A stretch of DNA of 64,000 nt, from assembly GCA_963707025.1 (NCBI GenBank), contig CAVPOM010000003.1:160001-224000 (forward strand), read 5' to 3'. Made by a program: the position numbers and the translations under genes. Of the stretch, positions 40,777-51,600 are shown piece by piece (within the stretch, counting starts at the first letter, position 1; the number at the start of each line of letters is the position of its first letter). Origin of the DNA: an uncultured Verrucomicrobiae bacterium. Lineage in GTDB: Bacteria; Verrucomicrobiota; Verrucomicrobiia; Limisphaerales; Palsa-1400. Under the pieces are notes generated by a model. The model searched no databases. It was given only the letters and a program-made list of their open reading frames with translations, and was not told where the DNA came from.

Positions 40777-43758
40777 TTACGGAGGAAAGACCGTCTGGAA
40801 CACGGCGCGGATGGCGGCGCGGATTTGCTTCAGCTCGTTCATGAATTCCGCCGCGCTGTTAAAACCGCAGCGCACGGCGACCCGGTAGAGCGGCGCGTCC
40901 TCATCGGGCAATTCGGTTTCCGGCTCAAAACTCCAGAGGCGCAGGATGCCTTCCATCCGGCGAAGCCGGGCGTAGTTCTGCAGCAGGGATTGCCCGCCGG
41001 CGGACGGCAGCAAACCTTCATCCACGGCGCGGCGCAAGGCATGCAGGGTGTTGGGCTCCAGCCAGCCCGCCATCAAACAAAATGTCTGGGCCAGGAACTC
41101 CGCGTCCATCAGCCCGCCCGCGCCCGTTTTGATGGCCAGATGATCCCGGCCCGGGGCGGTGCGCTCCTGGATGGTCCGCGCGCGCATCCGGGCGATTTCC
41201 ACCTTCCAGCCGGGGGTGTAGGCGGCCAGGCCCGACTGCGGTTTGGCGGTGGCAGAGGAAGGAAGCACAAAACCGGCGGCCACGTTTTGCGGGGTGAAGT
41301 TGGCCAGGGCGGCGGCCAGTTGCTGGAATTGCGCCCCGAGGGTCATGTCCCCGGCAATGGGGCGGGCGCGGGTCAGGGCCTGGATTTCCCAGAGGGCGGC
41401 CCGCCGGCGGTAGTATTCTTCGCAGACCTCCAGGGTGTTGACCAGCAGGCCCTTCTCGCCGTCGGGACGCAAGCGAGTATCCACTCGAAAAACAATCCCA
41501 AGCTCGGTCGGGCGGGCCAGCAAATCCATCACTCCGGCCGCCAGGTTCTGGCAGGCGGGAAGGTTTTTCGTGCCGGAGGGGGCCGCAAAAAGAACGTCCA
41601 GGTCCGAGCCGTAGCCCACCTCGGCCCCGCCCAATTTGCCCAGGCCCATGATGCAGAAGGGCGCCGCCGGCAGGCGCTGCTCCCGGCAAACCACTTCCAG
41701 GGCATATTGCAGGCAGGCGGCGGCCAGGGCGGAAAGTTCAAGGAGATTTTGCTCGAAATCGGCCAGCCCCAATATGTCCCGCAGCCCGATCCGCATCAAT
41801 TCGGCTTCATGATAACGGCGCAGCCAGCCGAATTGGTCCTTGTCGTTCAGGCCGTGGCGCAGGTCATGCAGGGTTTCCCCGGCGGTTTTCTGGCGGCGCA
41901 ACCGCCCGCTCTCTTCCAATTCGTCCACCAGATCGGGATTGCGGATGGCTCTCTCGGCCAGGAATTCGGAACGATCAAAGAGCCGCAGCAGCAAATCAAA
42001 GAGCGGGGGCTTCTGCGTCCACAGTTCGTAGAGCATGGCGCGCGCGCCGTAGGCCTCCATAAAGCTTTGCAGCCGCACCATCACCCGGTCGGGATCGGAC
42101 AGCCGCGGCTTGGCGGCGGCGGCGGGGCCGGGATGCGGCGGGCACAGCGCGAAAAATTTCGGGAGCAACTCGCGCGCCAGTTCGGCGCTGCGAGGGGAGA
42201 CATGAACATAGCCCGGCCCGTTGACGAACATTTCCACCATGCGCAAGGCGCGGTCCACATCGCGAAAATGATGGCGCGCCAAAAACTCCTTCCAGGGACC
42301 TTCGGCGGCGGCGAAGTCCCCGGGCAGCGCGGAGGCTTTGGCCGGTTCCCCGCCGCCCAGGATCTTTTCGAAGAGGCGGCGGATCTGCCGGCTGTGGGCC
42401 TGGCGGGCGGACTCAAAGGCGTCGAGAGACTCAAATCCCATCAGACGCGCCAGCCGTTCCCGCGCCTGGCGCGCGGTGGGTATGGTGTGCGTTTGCTGGC
42501 CGGCCTCCATCTGCAGGCGGTGCTCCACGTCCCGCAAAAACAGGTAGGCCTCGCCCAATGCCTTGGCGTCCTCGGCGGAGAGCAGCCGGTAGGCGGCCAG
42601 TTTTTCCAGGGTGGCAACGGTCGCGGCCCCCTGCAAAAAGGGCTGCCGGCCGGCGTGGAGCAGTTGCAAGGTCTGCGCGATGAACTCCACCTCCCGGATG
42701 CCGCCCCGGCCCAATTTGACATTGCGCTCCAGTTCGCCCGCTTTGACCACTTCGTTCTCCAGGCGCGATTTCATGGCCGTCACACCGCGGAAGGTGCCTT
42801 CCCCCAGCGAGCGCGGATAACGAAATGGCTGGATCATTTCCAGAAATTCCGCGCCCAATTCCGCCTCACCGGCCACCGGGCGGGCTTTGATCAGCATCAT
42901 GCGCTCCCAGGTCTGGCCCCATTGCGCGTAATAGGTTTCGAAGCTGCCCAGCGAGCGGACGAGCGGGCAGGCCGGACCTTCCGGGCGCAAGCGCAGATCC
43001 ACCCGGTAGAGCGTGCCCTGCGGGGTCAGACGGGTGATTTCGGCGATCAGCCTTTCCGCCAGCCGCGTGAAAAAGACATGGTTGGCCATGCTCTTGCCGG
43101 TCTGTTCGCGCTGGCGCGGCCGTGTTTTGAATAAATGGCCCTCCTCGCTGTAAAGAAACATAATGTCCACGTCCGAACTGTAATTGAGTTCCTGCCCGCC
43201 CAGCTTGCCCAGGCCCAGCACGCAAAAATGGGTGGCCTGCCAGCGCCCGTCGGGCGCCGGGTGGAACGGCTGGCCCAGACGCCCCGTCAGCGGCCGCAGG
43301 CAAAGGCGCAAGACCGCGTCCAGACAGACATCGGCCACGTCGGAAATTTCACGCGTGATTTCCAGCGCCCCGCCCAGCCGGGCCAGATCGCGCGCCGCGA
43401 TGCGCACCATTTCGCGCTGTTTGAATTCCCGCAACCGGGCCAGGGCAGGCTCAATTTCGCCGCCCTCCAGCGATGGTGCAAGCCATCGCTCCACTTCCCG
43501 GCGCAAGCCCTGATCGCGGCGGGGATGTTGCAGCGCGTCGGCTTCCAGCAGCGGCGGCAGCCAATCGGGATGCGCCGCGAGCAACTCCCCCGCCATCTGC
43601 GAACCGGCCAGGAGCCAGGCCAGGATGCGCGCCTGTTCCGCGGAAGGCTGCTTGACAAATTGGGCGGCGCCGGTCTCCCGCAAACGGGCCAGGCCGGCCT
43701 CCGCCCGCGGCGGGTCGGCGCACGCTTCAATGGCTTTGCTCAACGTTTGCGGCTGCAT
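40777..43758 (-). CDS. glnE: Bifunctional glutamine synthetase adenylyltransferase/adenylyl-removing enzyme
   Basis: Two NT domains: LGKLGGQELNYSSDVD...VDLRLRPEG...VKLGRGGIREVEF and LGKLGGAEVGYGSDLD...VDTRLRPDG...KTGAGGLMDAEF. Confidence 0.96.
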   Translation of the reverse strand: MQPQTLSKAIEACADPPRAEAGLARLRETGAAQFVKQPSAEQARILAWLLAGSQMAGELLAAHPDWLPPLLEADALQHPRRDQGLRREVERWLAPSLEGGEIEPALARLREFKQREMVRIAARDLARLGGALEITREISDVADVCLDAVLRLCLRPLTGRLGQPFHPAPDGRWQATHFCVLGLGKLGGQELNYSSDVDIMFLYSEEGHLFKTRPRQREQTGKSMANHVFFTRLAERLIAEITRLTPQGTLYRVDLRLRPEGPACPLVRSLGSFETYYAQWGQTWERMMLIKARPVAGEAELGAEFLEMIQPFRYPRSLGEGTFRGVTAMKSRLENEVVKAGELERNVKLGRGGIREVEFIAQTLQLLHAGRQPFLQGAATVATLEKLAAYRLLSAEDAKALGEAYLFLRDVEHRLQMEAGQQTHTIPTARQARERLARLMGFESLDAFESARQAHSRQIRRLFEKILGGGEPAKASALPGDFAAAEGPWKEFLARHHFRDVDRALRMVEMFVNGPGYVHVSPRSAELARELLPKFFALCPPHPGPAAAAKPRLSDPDRVMVRLQSFMEAYGARAMLYELWTQKPPLFDLLLRLFDRSEFLAERAIRNPDLVDELEESGRLRRQKTAGETLHDLRHGLNDKDQFGWLRRYHEAELMRIGLRDILGLADFEQNLLELSALAAACLQYALEVVCREQRLPAAPFCIMGLGKLGGAEVGYGSDLDVLFAAPSGTKNLPACQNLAAGVMDLLARPTELGIVFRVDTRLRPDGEKGLLVNTLEVCEEYYRRRAALWEIQALTRARPIAGDMTLGAQFQQLAAALANFTPQNVAAGFVLPSSATAKPQSGLAAYTPGWKVEIARMRARTIQERTAPGRDHLAIKTGAGGLMDAEFLAQTFCLMAGWLEPNTLHALRRAVDEGLLPSAGGQSLLQNYARLRRMEGILRLWSFEPETELPDEDAPLYRVAVRCGFNSAAEFMNELKQIRAAIRAVFQTVFPP

Positions 43759-44181
43759 GCCTGCAATGTAAAGGTTCCCCAGAAAACTGCAATCCAACCA
43801 TCCGCCCTGCAAGGATTTGACGGCCGGCCGGACCTTTTACGCGATAGCGATGCCGGCCTGCAACCACCTGCTCAGTCTCAGAATTCCGGACTTGGCGGAC
43901 GACGCGCAAACCCGGCCGTGCGGTGGAGGAAGCCGCCGATGGCATGGCCGATGCAAATGGGAGTTTAGTATATTGGAACTTTTTTCTTGCATGTTGGAGG
44001 GGTTTGTGGTCAATTTATGGAAAACACGGCACGAAAACAAGCGCAAGAAGTCGGCATTGTGGGCAAAGGATGCCGCCGGTGCGGCGGTGGCTCTGAGGAT
44101 GGAAGATATTTGGCGAATGTTGGCGGAAAATGGTTGCGGACGGAGCGTGTATTGTAGTAAGATATAACCAGGTATGACTGT

Positions 44182-45123
44182 ATGAAAACGCCAAACTTAT
44201 TGATTATGAGACAGATAAACGTGCCAAGCGGATCGCGGCAGAAGCGGCCGGAGCGTGGTTTTGGGTTTGGCGGGGGCCAGTTGCGCCAGGGGTTCACCCT
44301 GATCGAATTGCTGGTGGTCATCGCCATTATCGCAATTCTGGCGTCATTATTGCTTCCAACATTGGCCAGGGCCAAGCAGAGAGCCATTGCCGCCAAGTGC
44401 ATGAACAATGAACATCAACTCCTGCTCGCCTGGAAGATGTACCCTGACGACAACCGGGGGTATTTTCCGAACAATTACGAAGGGGCAGATCAAGCTGGAT
44501 GGGTTTATGGAAGTGACATGGACTACAGCGGGGCGGCTTACAACTACGATCTGGATTATGTCACCAATGTACAATTTGCGGAGATGGCGCCTTACGTGAT
44601 GAAACAGCCGCTCATTTTCAAGTGTCCGGCGGATCTGAGTTGCGCGTCGGGCCTGACGGGACCGCCGCGGATCCGCACCGTTTCCATGAGCCAAGCCATA
44701 TCCAGCCCTGGTTCGTGGCTTGGAGAAATCACCGGCGGCTCGGCCACTTGGAAGACGTACGCCAAGGAAGGGGATTATTCGCTTCCCGGACCTTCGTCGT
44801 TGTGGGTCTTCATTGACGAAGATCCGGATAGCGTCAACGACGCGGCTTTTGCGTTTCAAATGCCGAGCGGCGCCTCCACGAGTTGGATTGACCTTCCGGC
44901 CAAACTCCACGGGGACGCTGGGTCCTTTGGGTTTGCGGATGGCCATGCGGAAATACACGGCTGGAAGAATCCCGTGGGTGTTCCGAAAACGACTTATAGA
45001 CCTCCAGGCGGAGTCGTTAGCGATTACGACCCCCCTGTTATCAACGCGAACAAGGATATTTATTGGGTGGCGACGCGCACCTCGGCCCCCGCGACCGGCG
45101 GGTATTCGTTCCCAACCCAGTAA
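44182..45123 (+). CDS. Prepilin-type N-terminal cleavage/methylation protein with H-X9-DG motif (DUF1559-like)
   Basis: [33 protein letters not shown] and [14 protein letters not shown]. Confidence 0.92.
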   Translation: MKTPNLLIMRQINVPSGSRQKRPERGFGFGGGQLRQGFTLIELLVVIAIIAILASLLLPTLARAKQRAIAAKCMNNEHQLLLAWKMYPDDNRGYFPNNYEGADQAGWVYGSDMDYSGAAYNYDLDYVTNVQFAEMAPYVMKQPLIFKCPADLSCASGLTGPPRIRTVSMSQAISSPGSWLGEITGGSATWKTYAKEGDYSLPGPSSLWVFIDEDPDSVNDAAFAFQMPSGASTSWIDLPAKLHGDAGSFGFADGHAEIHGWKNPVGVPKTTYRPPGGVVSDYDPPVINANKDIYWVATRTSAPATGGYSFPTQ

Positions 45124-45230
45124 AGCCCGAACAGACCAAACAAACCCCCAACGATGTCGTTGCCGCCGGTTCAACCCGGCGGCAATTTTCTTGCTGGCGA
45201 AGGCGGGGCACACCATGCTTGCGCGCGGTT

Positions 45231-46781
45231 ATGAACGGCCTGCGCATGATCTCCGAAGGCGCTTTGGCGCGGATGCGTCAGGGCGCGATGGAGGCCTGGC
45301 GGCGGCAGGATTATCCCGAGTACTTCAAAATCATGGAGCAAGCCAGCCGGCAGGACCCCGCCAACACCGCGCTCCTGCTGGAGATCGGAGCGGCCTATGG
45401 CATGCGCTACGATTATGCCGCCGCGGAACGCTGCTTCGAGAATGCCATCCGCGTCGCCCCAAGCAAGAGCAAGGCGCTGGTCATGGCCGGAACACAATGC
45501 CGCGGGTTTGACCGGTATGAAATGGCCCGAAATTACCTGGAACGAGCGGTCAAAGAACCCAGGCCGCCGGCCGACACCTATGTCAAGCTGGCCGAGATTT
45601 ACGAGCGATTCCGATTGCTGGAACAAGCCGCCGGCCTGGTGGACCGGGCGTTGCAATTGGACCCGGCCTGCGCCTTGGCTTCCATGGTGCGCGCCCGGCT
45701 GGACCGGTTGAGCGGGGGGGCTGCGGAGGCAGAGCAGCGTTTGCGTCCTTTGCTCGCGCGATCCGACCAGGACACTTGGTCCACGCGCATCCGGGGCTGG
45801 TATGAATTGGGGGCGGCGCTGGACGCGCAGGGACGCTACGACGAGGCCATGGCCGCCATTCTGAAAGCCAAGGCCATGATCCTGCCCAACGCCGGGCCAT
45901 TGATCTCCAGCCAAAAGCGGGTGCAGGCGCATGTCAAGACGGTGGCGGAGAAACTCAACGCGGAGATGTTCAGCCGGTGGCGGGCGCAAGCGGCCGATCT
46001 GCAACCGCCACGCCGCCTGGCCCTGCTCTGCGGCCACCCGCGCTCCGGCACCACGGTGCTGGAGCAGGTGCTGGATTCCCACCCGGATTTCGTTTCCGTG
46101 GAGGAAACCGCGATTTTCGCCCGCGAAGGCTTTGCGCCTCTCCTGCGCGGCTTGCCGCCGGAGACGATGATGCTGGACACGCTGGGATCGGCCTCGCCCG
46201 GGGCCTTGCGGCAGGCGCGGCAGAATTACATGGACTGCATGGTGAAGTTTCTGGGCCAACCGCCCGACGCCCGGATGTTGATTGACAAAAACCCGGCGCT
46301 GACCCCCTTGGTCCCTGGTTTTGTCCGGGTCTTCCCGGAGGCGAAACTGCTGGTGGCCTTGCGGGACCCGCGCGATGTCTGCCTGAGTTGTTTCATGCAG
46401 CCCCTTCCGCTGGGACAAGTCAGTTCCATCTTCCTGACCCTGGAGGGAACCGTCCAGGAATACGCCTCGGTCATGGGTTTGTGGCGAGTGCTGGCGCGGT
46501 GCCTTGGCGATTGCTTTCTGGAAGTCCGCTACGAGGATTTGGTGGCGGATTTGGAGGGGGTTGCCCGGCGGGCGCTGGGGTTTCTGGGGGCCGCTTGGGA
46601 CGAGCGGGTGCTGCGTTTTGACCAGCACGCCCGGCAGAAACTGGTGCGCTCGCCCACCTATGCCGCCGTGGCCAAACCGATTTCCAGGGGCGCGATTGGC
46701 CGCTGGCGCAATTATCAAAAGCATCTGGAGCCGTGGCTGGAGACGCTGGCGCCTTTTGTCCAGGCCTTTGGCTACGAATGA
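45231..46781 (+). CDS. TPR-repeat sulfotransferase family protein
   Basis: N-terminal TPR-like helices; GHPRSGTT (PAPS-binding loop), IDKNP, RDPRDVCLS and RYEDLV. Confidence 0.9.
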   Translation: MNGLRMISEGALARMRQGAMEAWRRQDYPEYFKIMEQASRQDPANTALLLEIGAAYGMRYDYAAAERCFENAIRVAPSKSKALVMAGTQCRGFDRYEMARNYLERAVKEPRPPADTYVKLAEIYERFRLLEQAAGLVDRALQLDPACALASMVRARLDRLSGGAAEAEQRLRPLLARSDQDTWSTRIRGWYELGAALDAQGRYDEAMAAILKAKAMILPNAGPLISSQKRVQAHVKTVAEKLNAEMFSRWRAQAADLQPPRRLALLCGHPRSGTTVLEQVLDSHPDFVSVEETAIFAREGFAPLLRGLPPETMMLDTLGSASPGALRQARQNYMDCMVKFLGQPPDARMLIDKNPALTPLVPGFVRVFPEAKLLVALRDPRDVCLSCFMQPLPLGQVSSIFLTLEGTVQEYASVMGLWRVLARCLGDCFLEVRYEDLVADLEGVARRALGFLGAAWDERVLRFDQHARQKLVRSPTYAAVAKPISRGAIGRWRNYQKHLEPWLETLAPFVQAFGYE

Positions 46782-46796
46782 TCCCGTCCGCCCAAC

Positions 46797-46980
46797 GCCC
46801 CCGCTGCGTTTGCAGCCGCAGGCTGGCTGGCTCGGGTCGGCGGTGGTTTGGACCGGATCGGGTCTGCCCGGCCCGGCTGGTTCCAGGCGTGTTGGCCCCA
46901 ACCTCCTCAAGGGGGAACGACGAGACCCGTTCAAACGGAAGTTTTCTCTTGCATATTGGAATGGAATTTGGTGAAATCGT
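46797..46980 (+). repeat. Duplicated upstream/promoter region, copy 1 (copy 2 at about 51695-51879)
   Basis: Shared CCCCGCTGCGTTTGCAGCCGC...AAACGGAAGTTTTCTCTTGCATATTGGAAT...TGGTGAA. Confidence 0.85.
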
Positions 46981-47111
46981 TGACAGTGAAATGTTCCAGA
47001 CCAACCTGGAAAACGGTATGAAAAAATTAGTCTTGCTTGAGTTTGGGATGTGTGCCACGATGGCGCTCCCAAACCTATCTGTTGGTTAATGTTCAACAAT
47101 CAGAAAATCCC

Positions 47112-50100
47112 ATGAAAAGTTACATTGAGCACATACTTGTCCGCGCCGTCCCCGTACTCTTGGCGCTGTCTGCCATCTCGACTGTCCAAGCCCAATCTGG
47201 CGCTTACTACAACGCCGTCACCAATCTCAACCCGGTGCTTTACCTGCCTCTGAACGAGACCGTCGTACCTCCCGCCTCCACGCCCGTGGCGATCAACCAA
47301 GGAACCCTGGGCACCGTTGACAACGGCGTTTACACCCACGGCGCATTCCCTGGAGTGCCGGGAGCGTTGACGGGCGACCCCGATACGGGCGGCCTTTTTA
47401 CCGGAGGAGGCGGGGGTATTGCGCACATGTCCGCCGCTTATGATGCGGCTTATGCCTCGGTTTCCAACTTTACGGTCGAGGTTTGGGTGAACTCGCCAGC
47501 CACCGATCCCGGGACAGACTGCATCATCAATTGCGTGGATGCCGGCAGTCCGCGCGCCGGCTGGCTGATCTATACTGACATAACTGCGGTCGGCACTTTT
47601 AACTTCAGAACCTACTACCAAAACGGCACTTCCGCCGCGGAGAACTACAACATCCCGGTTCCGGGCGGGCATATTCTTTCCAACACCTGGTACCACCTTG
47701 TGGTCACTTTTAACGCTGTTACCGCGACCGCGCAGGGTTATGTCAACGGCCAGCCGGTGGCCAGTGCCGGCACCACAACCCAAATCTATGTGGGCAGCAC
47801 CGCCGGGAAGTTTACCGTCGGCGCCAGAGGCGACTCCTCTTTCGCCTTCCCCGGCTACCTTGACGAAGCTGCTTTTTATTCCAATTTGCTTTCGCCAAGC
47901 GACATCGCCGCCCATTATGCGGCTGGCATCAGCGGGGTGCCTGGCGCCTACTATACGGCCGTCTCGAACGACAACCCCCTGCTTTACTTCCGCATGGATG
48001 AGGGGGCGCCTCCAGTCGCCAAAAACTATGGCACCGTCGGCGCCCTGGCCAACGGTTATTACGAATTCGGCACGACGCCCGGCGTCGCCGGACCGCCGGT
48101 TGAAGGCTTCGGCCCCAACAATTTTGGCGTTCAGTTTACCGGCGGAGAAGCCACGGACGGTGGGCCGACCGTTCCGATCGTCAGCGCCAACAACCTCGCG
48201 GTTGGCACCACCGCCAACAATCCAATTACGCTCGCCGCGTGGATTCAGGTTCCTGCTGATCCCACTTGGTTCACCACGATCATGGGCAGAGGCGACTCGG
48301 CGTATCGTTTCGATGTTGACAACCCGGCTGGAGCGCCTCACTTCAACGCCGGCAATTTTGGTGACGTGACCGGGTTTGCCAACATGGGGGACGACAACTG
48401 GCATTTCTGGGTCGGGACATGGGATGGCACCAATGCTCAGAAGATTTACATTGATTCCGTGCTGGCCGCATCAAGCCTCGGCAATCTCGGCGCCAACGGC
48501 AACGCCAACGCTTTCCTGATTGGCTCGGCTCCCGATTACGGGAATCGGAATTTCATCGGCAGTATTTGCCAGGTGGCGGTTTTCAGCAATGCGCTTACCA
48601 CGACTCAGATCAATGCTCTGTATAGCGCAGCCGGTGCCCCGCCGGCCTTCACGGTCAATCCGCCGCCATTGGTCGTGGCCAATGCCGGCACCGTCGCCAC
48701 CTTGGGCGCGGTGACGGCTTCGGGCAGCTCCCCGCTCAGCTATCAGTGGTATAGTGGCACTCCCGGCACCGGCACCCCCCTGACCGCCGGCCCGCGCTAT
48801 CCATCAAACGTGACCAACACTTCCCTTGTGATTGACCCGGCGGAGACCGGCGACGCGGGAAATTACTACGTGACGGTCGCGAACGGCTTCGGAACGCCCG
48901 CCACGAGCACATCGGTTGCGCTGGAGGTTCCTACTGCGGTCACTGCGGATGTTTACGCCGGCGGCAGTCCCACCTTCACAGTCGCGCCGGGCGCCGCTTC
49001 TTATCAGTGGAGCAGCAACGGATTCGCGGTCACCGGGGCGACCGGCAGCACTTTCACCCTGGCCAGCGTGACGGTGGCCCAATCTCCCGTGACGGTGTCT
49101 TGTTTGATTGATGGCACTATCAGCAGCGCCACTTATACGGTGAATATCGCCCCCGCGCCGACCGACTTGTATCCTCTCGCGGTGCTGGCGGACCATCCCA
49201 TCGCCTACTTCCGTCTGGATGAGGCCGATAATGGAACCGGCAACAACGGGTCGCCGGCGTTTGATCGTATCAGCGGCAACAATGGCATTTACAGCAATAC
49301 AACCCTCGGCCCGACGGGCTACCCCATTGACGCCGGCGCGGTTGCCAACAGCGACGGGGCGGCCCAGTTTGGCTCGCTGGCCACTTCCGACAGCTTTGCC
49401 GCGTTCATTCCGAATATAGACTTCGGGCTGGCGGCCAGCAATTCCCCGGCCCAACTCGGCAACGGGCAGTTCTCGGTGGAAGCCTGGGTGTTTGGAGTGC
49501 ATGGAGTGAATGAGGGCATCGTCACCAAGGGCTATGGCGGCGGCAACCAGACCACGCCGCACGGCGAGCAATTCTCGCTCCAAACCAGCGCCGGCGGCGG
49601 CAGTTTCGAGTTTCTCGTTAATGACGCGGCCGACGACACCGCCAACCTCACCTACGTCACCAGCGCCAACACCTTGAGCAACGATCTGGTCTCGCCGCTC
49701 TGGCACCATCTGGTCGGCGTCTGTGACCAGACCAATGGCTACATTTATCTGTATAAAGACGGTTTGCCGGCCGGCAGATCCGTCCTGGGCGCCGGCAAAG
49801 GGATCTTAAGCGCGCCGACCACGCCGTTAAGCATCGGCGCCAAGCAGGTGCATGATACCTCGGGCAATTACGACGGCCAGTTTATCGGAACCATTGATGA
49901 AGTGGCCATTTACAACAAGGCCCTGACCTCCAACCAGGTGCTCAACCACTATTTTGCCGCCGGGATTGTCCCCATATTCCTGGTGCAACCGACCAACGAT
50001 CCCAACATCGGCAGTCCCGGCAGTACCAACGCGGGTCTGGGATCGAGCGTGACGCTGACCTCGCTGGGCTTCGGCAGCCCGGCCTTGCATTACCAATGGT

Positions 50101-51485
50101 ATGATTACAACAACGGAGGCTCTCCCATTGCGGTGAATTCGGCGCAGGAACCGGGCAACACCGGGGCCACCACGCCGACGCTCACGCTCAAGAACGTCAG
50201 CACTATTGCCGCCGGCGGCACCGTCAACACCATCGGGACCGGGGTGTTTGAAGTGGTCGTGAGCAATCCCTATGGCGCTGTCACCAGTTCCATCGTGACG
50301 ATCACCCCTGTTTCCGGCCCGCCGTCCATCAGCCCGGATCTGCCGGCCACCAACTACGTGCTGATTGGCTCTTCCGCTGTTTTCGCCGTGGGCCAGAACG
50401 GGGAATTCCCACAAACCAATGTCTGGTACTACAACAACGGGAGCGGCGCCGTCAAGCTCACGGACGTGGGCCGTATCACCGGCTCCACGACCAGCCAGTT
50501 GACCATTGCCAACGTGACGCAGGCCGACGCGGGCACTTATCAGCTCTTTATCACCAATGCCATATCGTATCCGTTCGGAGTCTCGAGTTCTCCTTCAACG
50601 CTGGTGGTTGTACTGGAGCCGACCTTCAACGGCGGCTCCGGCTGGACGCTGAATGCCACGGCGGGGGAGACTTTATTGCCTTCCATCTCCGGCGACGTGC
50701 TGGAACTTACGCAAAATACCGGCGGCCAGGCCAACAGTTTCTTCTTCGATACTCCGATGTATTGCGGCGCCTTTCAGGCTTCCTTCACCTACCAGGATGT
50801 CACGACCAACGGGGCGGATGGATTTAGCTTCTGCCTGCAAAATGACCCGGCAGGGACGGCTGCTCTCGGCCAGGGCGGCGGCGAAATCGGGTACGGGGGC
50901 GCTGAGACCGGGGCCTTACCCTACATCACGAACAGCGTGGCCGTGGGATTCGACATCTACAATGGCCACCAAATCGGCTGCGAACTCTTGACCGGGGGAA
51001 ATCAAAATTTCCGATATGGCCCTGTGACGCCTGTAGCCCTGACCGGCGGCGACCTGATCAACATCGTCATCCATTATGATGGAAATACCATGAGCCTGAC
51101 GTTTGCGGATCCTGCCGCAAGCACTTTCTACTCCACCAACTACGTGATCGGCCCGATTGCCCAATATGTGGGCGCCAATACCGCCCTGGTCGGATTCACG
51201 GGCGCCACCGGGGGAGTCGAGGCTCAGCAAAATATCTCCGCGTTCAGCTACACCCCGATTCCGACCATGTCGGCGTCCCTGAGCGGCAACAGCGCGGTCG
51301 TCACCTGGCCGACGGCCATAGGCGGTTATGTCCTGCAATCCACCCACGCATTGCCCGCAGGACAAACCGGACCGGGAGCATGGGCAACCGTGCCGGCCAG
51401 TTCTTATAGTATCGTCAACGGCAATTACCAGTTCATCATGCCAACGTCCAATGGCACCACCTACTACCAGTTGTTCCTGCCATAA
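47112..51485 (+). CDS. Giant secreted protein: LamG/ConA-like domains, Ig-like domains, L-type lectin domain and C-terminal putative sorting domain
   Basis: Signal peptide; repeated PxxYxxLxE, WxHLV and DEVAIY (LamG); YQWY and DAGxY (Ig); ADGFSFCLQN and VGFTGATGG (legume lectin). Confidence 0.88.
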   Translation: MKSYIEHILVRAVPVLLALSAISTVQAQSGAYYNAVTNLNPVLYLPLNETVVPPASTPVAINQGTLGTVDNGVYTHGAFPGVPGALTGDPDTGGLFTGGGGGIAHMSAAYDAAYASVSNFTVEVWVNSPATDPGTDCIINCVDAGSPRAGWLIYTDITAVGTFNFRTYYQNGTSAAENYNIPVPGGHILSNTWYHLVVTFNAVTATAQGYVNGQPVASAGTTTQIYVGSTAGKFTVGARGDSSFAFPGYLDEAAFYSNLLSPSDIAAHYAAGISGVPGAYYTAVSNDNPLLYFRMDEGAPPVAKNYGTVGALANGYYEFGTTPGVAGPPVEGFGPNNFGVQFTGGEATDGGPTVPIVSANNLAVGTTANNPITLAAWIQVPADPTWFTTIMGRGDSAYRFDVDNPAGAPHFNAGNFGDVTGFANMGDDNWHFWVGTWDGTNAQKIYIDSVLAASSLGNLGANGNANAFLIGSAPDYGNRNFIGSICQVAVFSNALTTTQINALYSAAGAPPAFTVNPPPLVVANAGTVATLGAVTASGSSPLSYQWYSGTPGTGTPLTAGPRYPSNVTNTSLVIDPAETGDAGNYYVTVANGFGTPATSTSVALEVPTAVTADVYAGGSPTFTVAPGAASYQWSSNGFAVTGATGSTFTLASVTVAQSPVTVSCLIDGTISSATYTVNIAPAPTDLYPLAVLADHPIAYFRLDEADNGTGNNGSPAFDRISGNNGIYSNTTLGPTGYPIDAGAVANSDGAAQFGSLATSDSFAAFIPNIDFGLAASNSPAQLGNGQFSVEAWVFGVHGVNEGIVTKGYGGGNQTTPHGEQFSLQTSAGGGSFEFLVNDAADDTANLTYVTSANTLSNDLVSPLWHHLVGVCDQTNGYIYLYKDGLPAGRSVLGAGKGILSAPTTPLSIGAKQVHDTSGNYDGQFIGTIDEVAIYNKALTSNQVLNHYFAAGIVPIFLVQPTNDPNIGSPGSTNAGLGSSVTLTSLGFGSPALHYQWYDYNNGGSPIAVNSAQEPGNTGATTPTLTLKNVSTIAAGGTVNTIGTGVFEVVVSNPYGAVTSSIVTITPVSGPPSISPDLPATNYVLIGSSAVFAVGQNGEFPQTNVWYYNNGSGAVKLTDVGRITGSTTSQLTIANVTQADAGTYQLFITNAISYPFGVSSSPSTLVVVLEPTFNGGSGWTLNATAGETLLPSISGDVLELTQNTGGQANSFFFDTPMYCGAFQASFTYQDVTTNGADGFSFCLQNDPAGTAALGQGGGEIGYGGAETGALPYITNSVAVGFDIYNGHQIGCELLTGGNQNFRYGPVTPVALTGGDLINIVIHYDGNTMSLTFADPAASTFYSTNYVIGPIAQYVGANTALVGFTGATGGVEAQQNISAFSYTPIPTMSASLSGNSAVVTWPTAIGGYVLQSTHALPAGQTGPGAWATVPASSYSIVNGNYQFIMPTSNGTTYYQLFLP

Positions 51486-51600
51486 AAAGGCGGGTTAACC
51501 GGGATGCCAATATCATAAGCATCCCGTAAGAATAAAGAATACAGGCGGCGGCTCGGAAGAAATTCCCGGCCGCTGTTTTTTTTGAGGCGTGACCTGAGGC
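48864..51600 (+). repeat. About 2.7-kb direct repeat, copy 1 (copy 2 at 54561-57296, offset about 5697)
   Basis: Long identical nucleotide runs through the 3' part of both giant genes and their downstream terminator regions. Confidence 0.95.
51543..51583 (+). terminator. Rho-independent terminator candidate (duplicated at about 57240-57278)
   Basis: GCGGC...GCCGC imperfect stem followed by a T-run. Confidence 0.6.
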
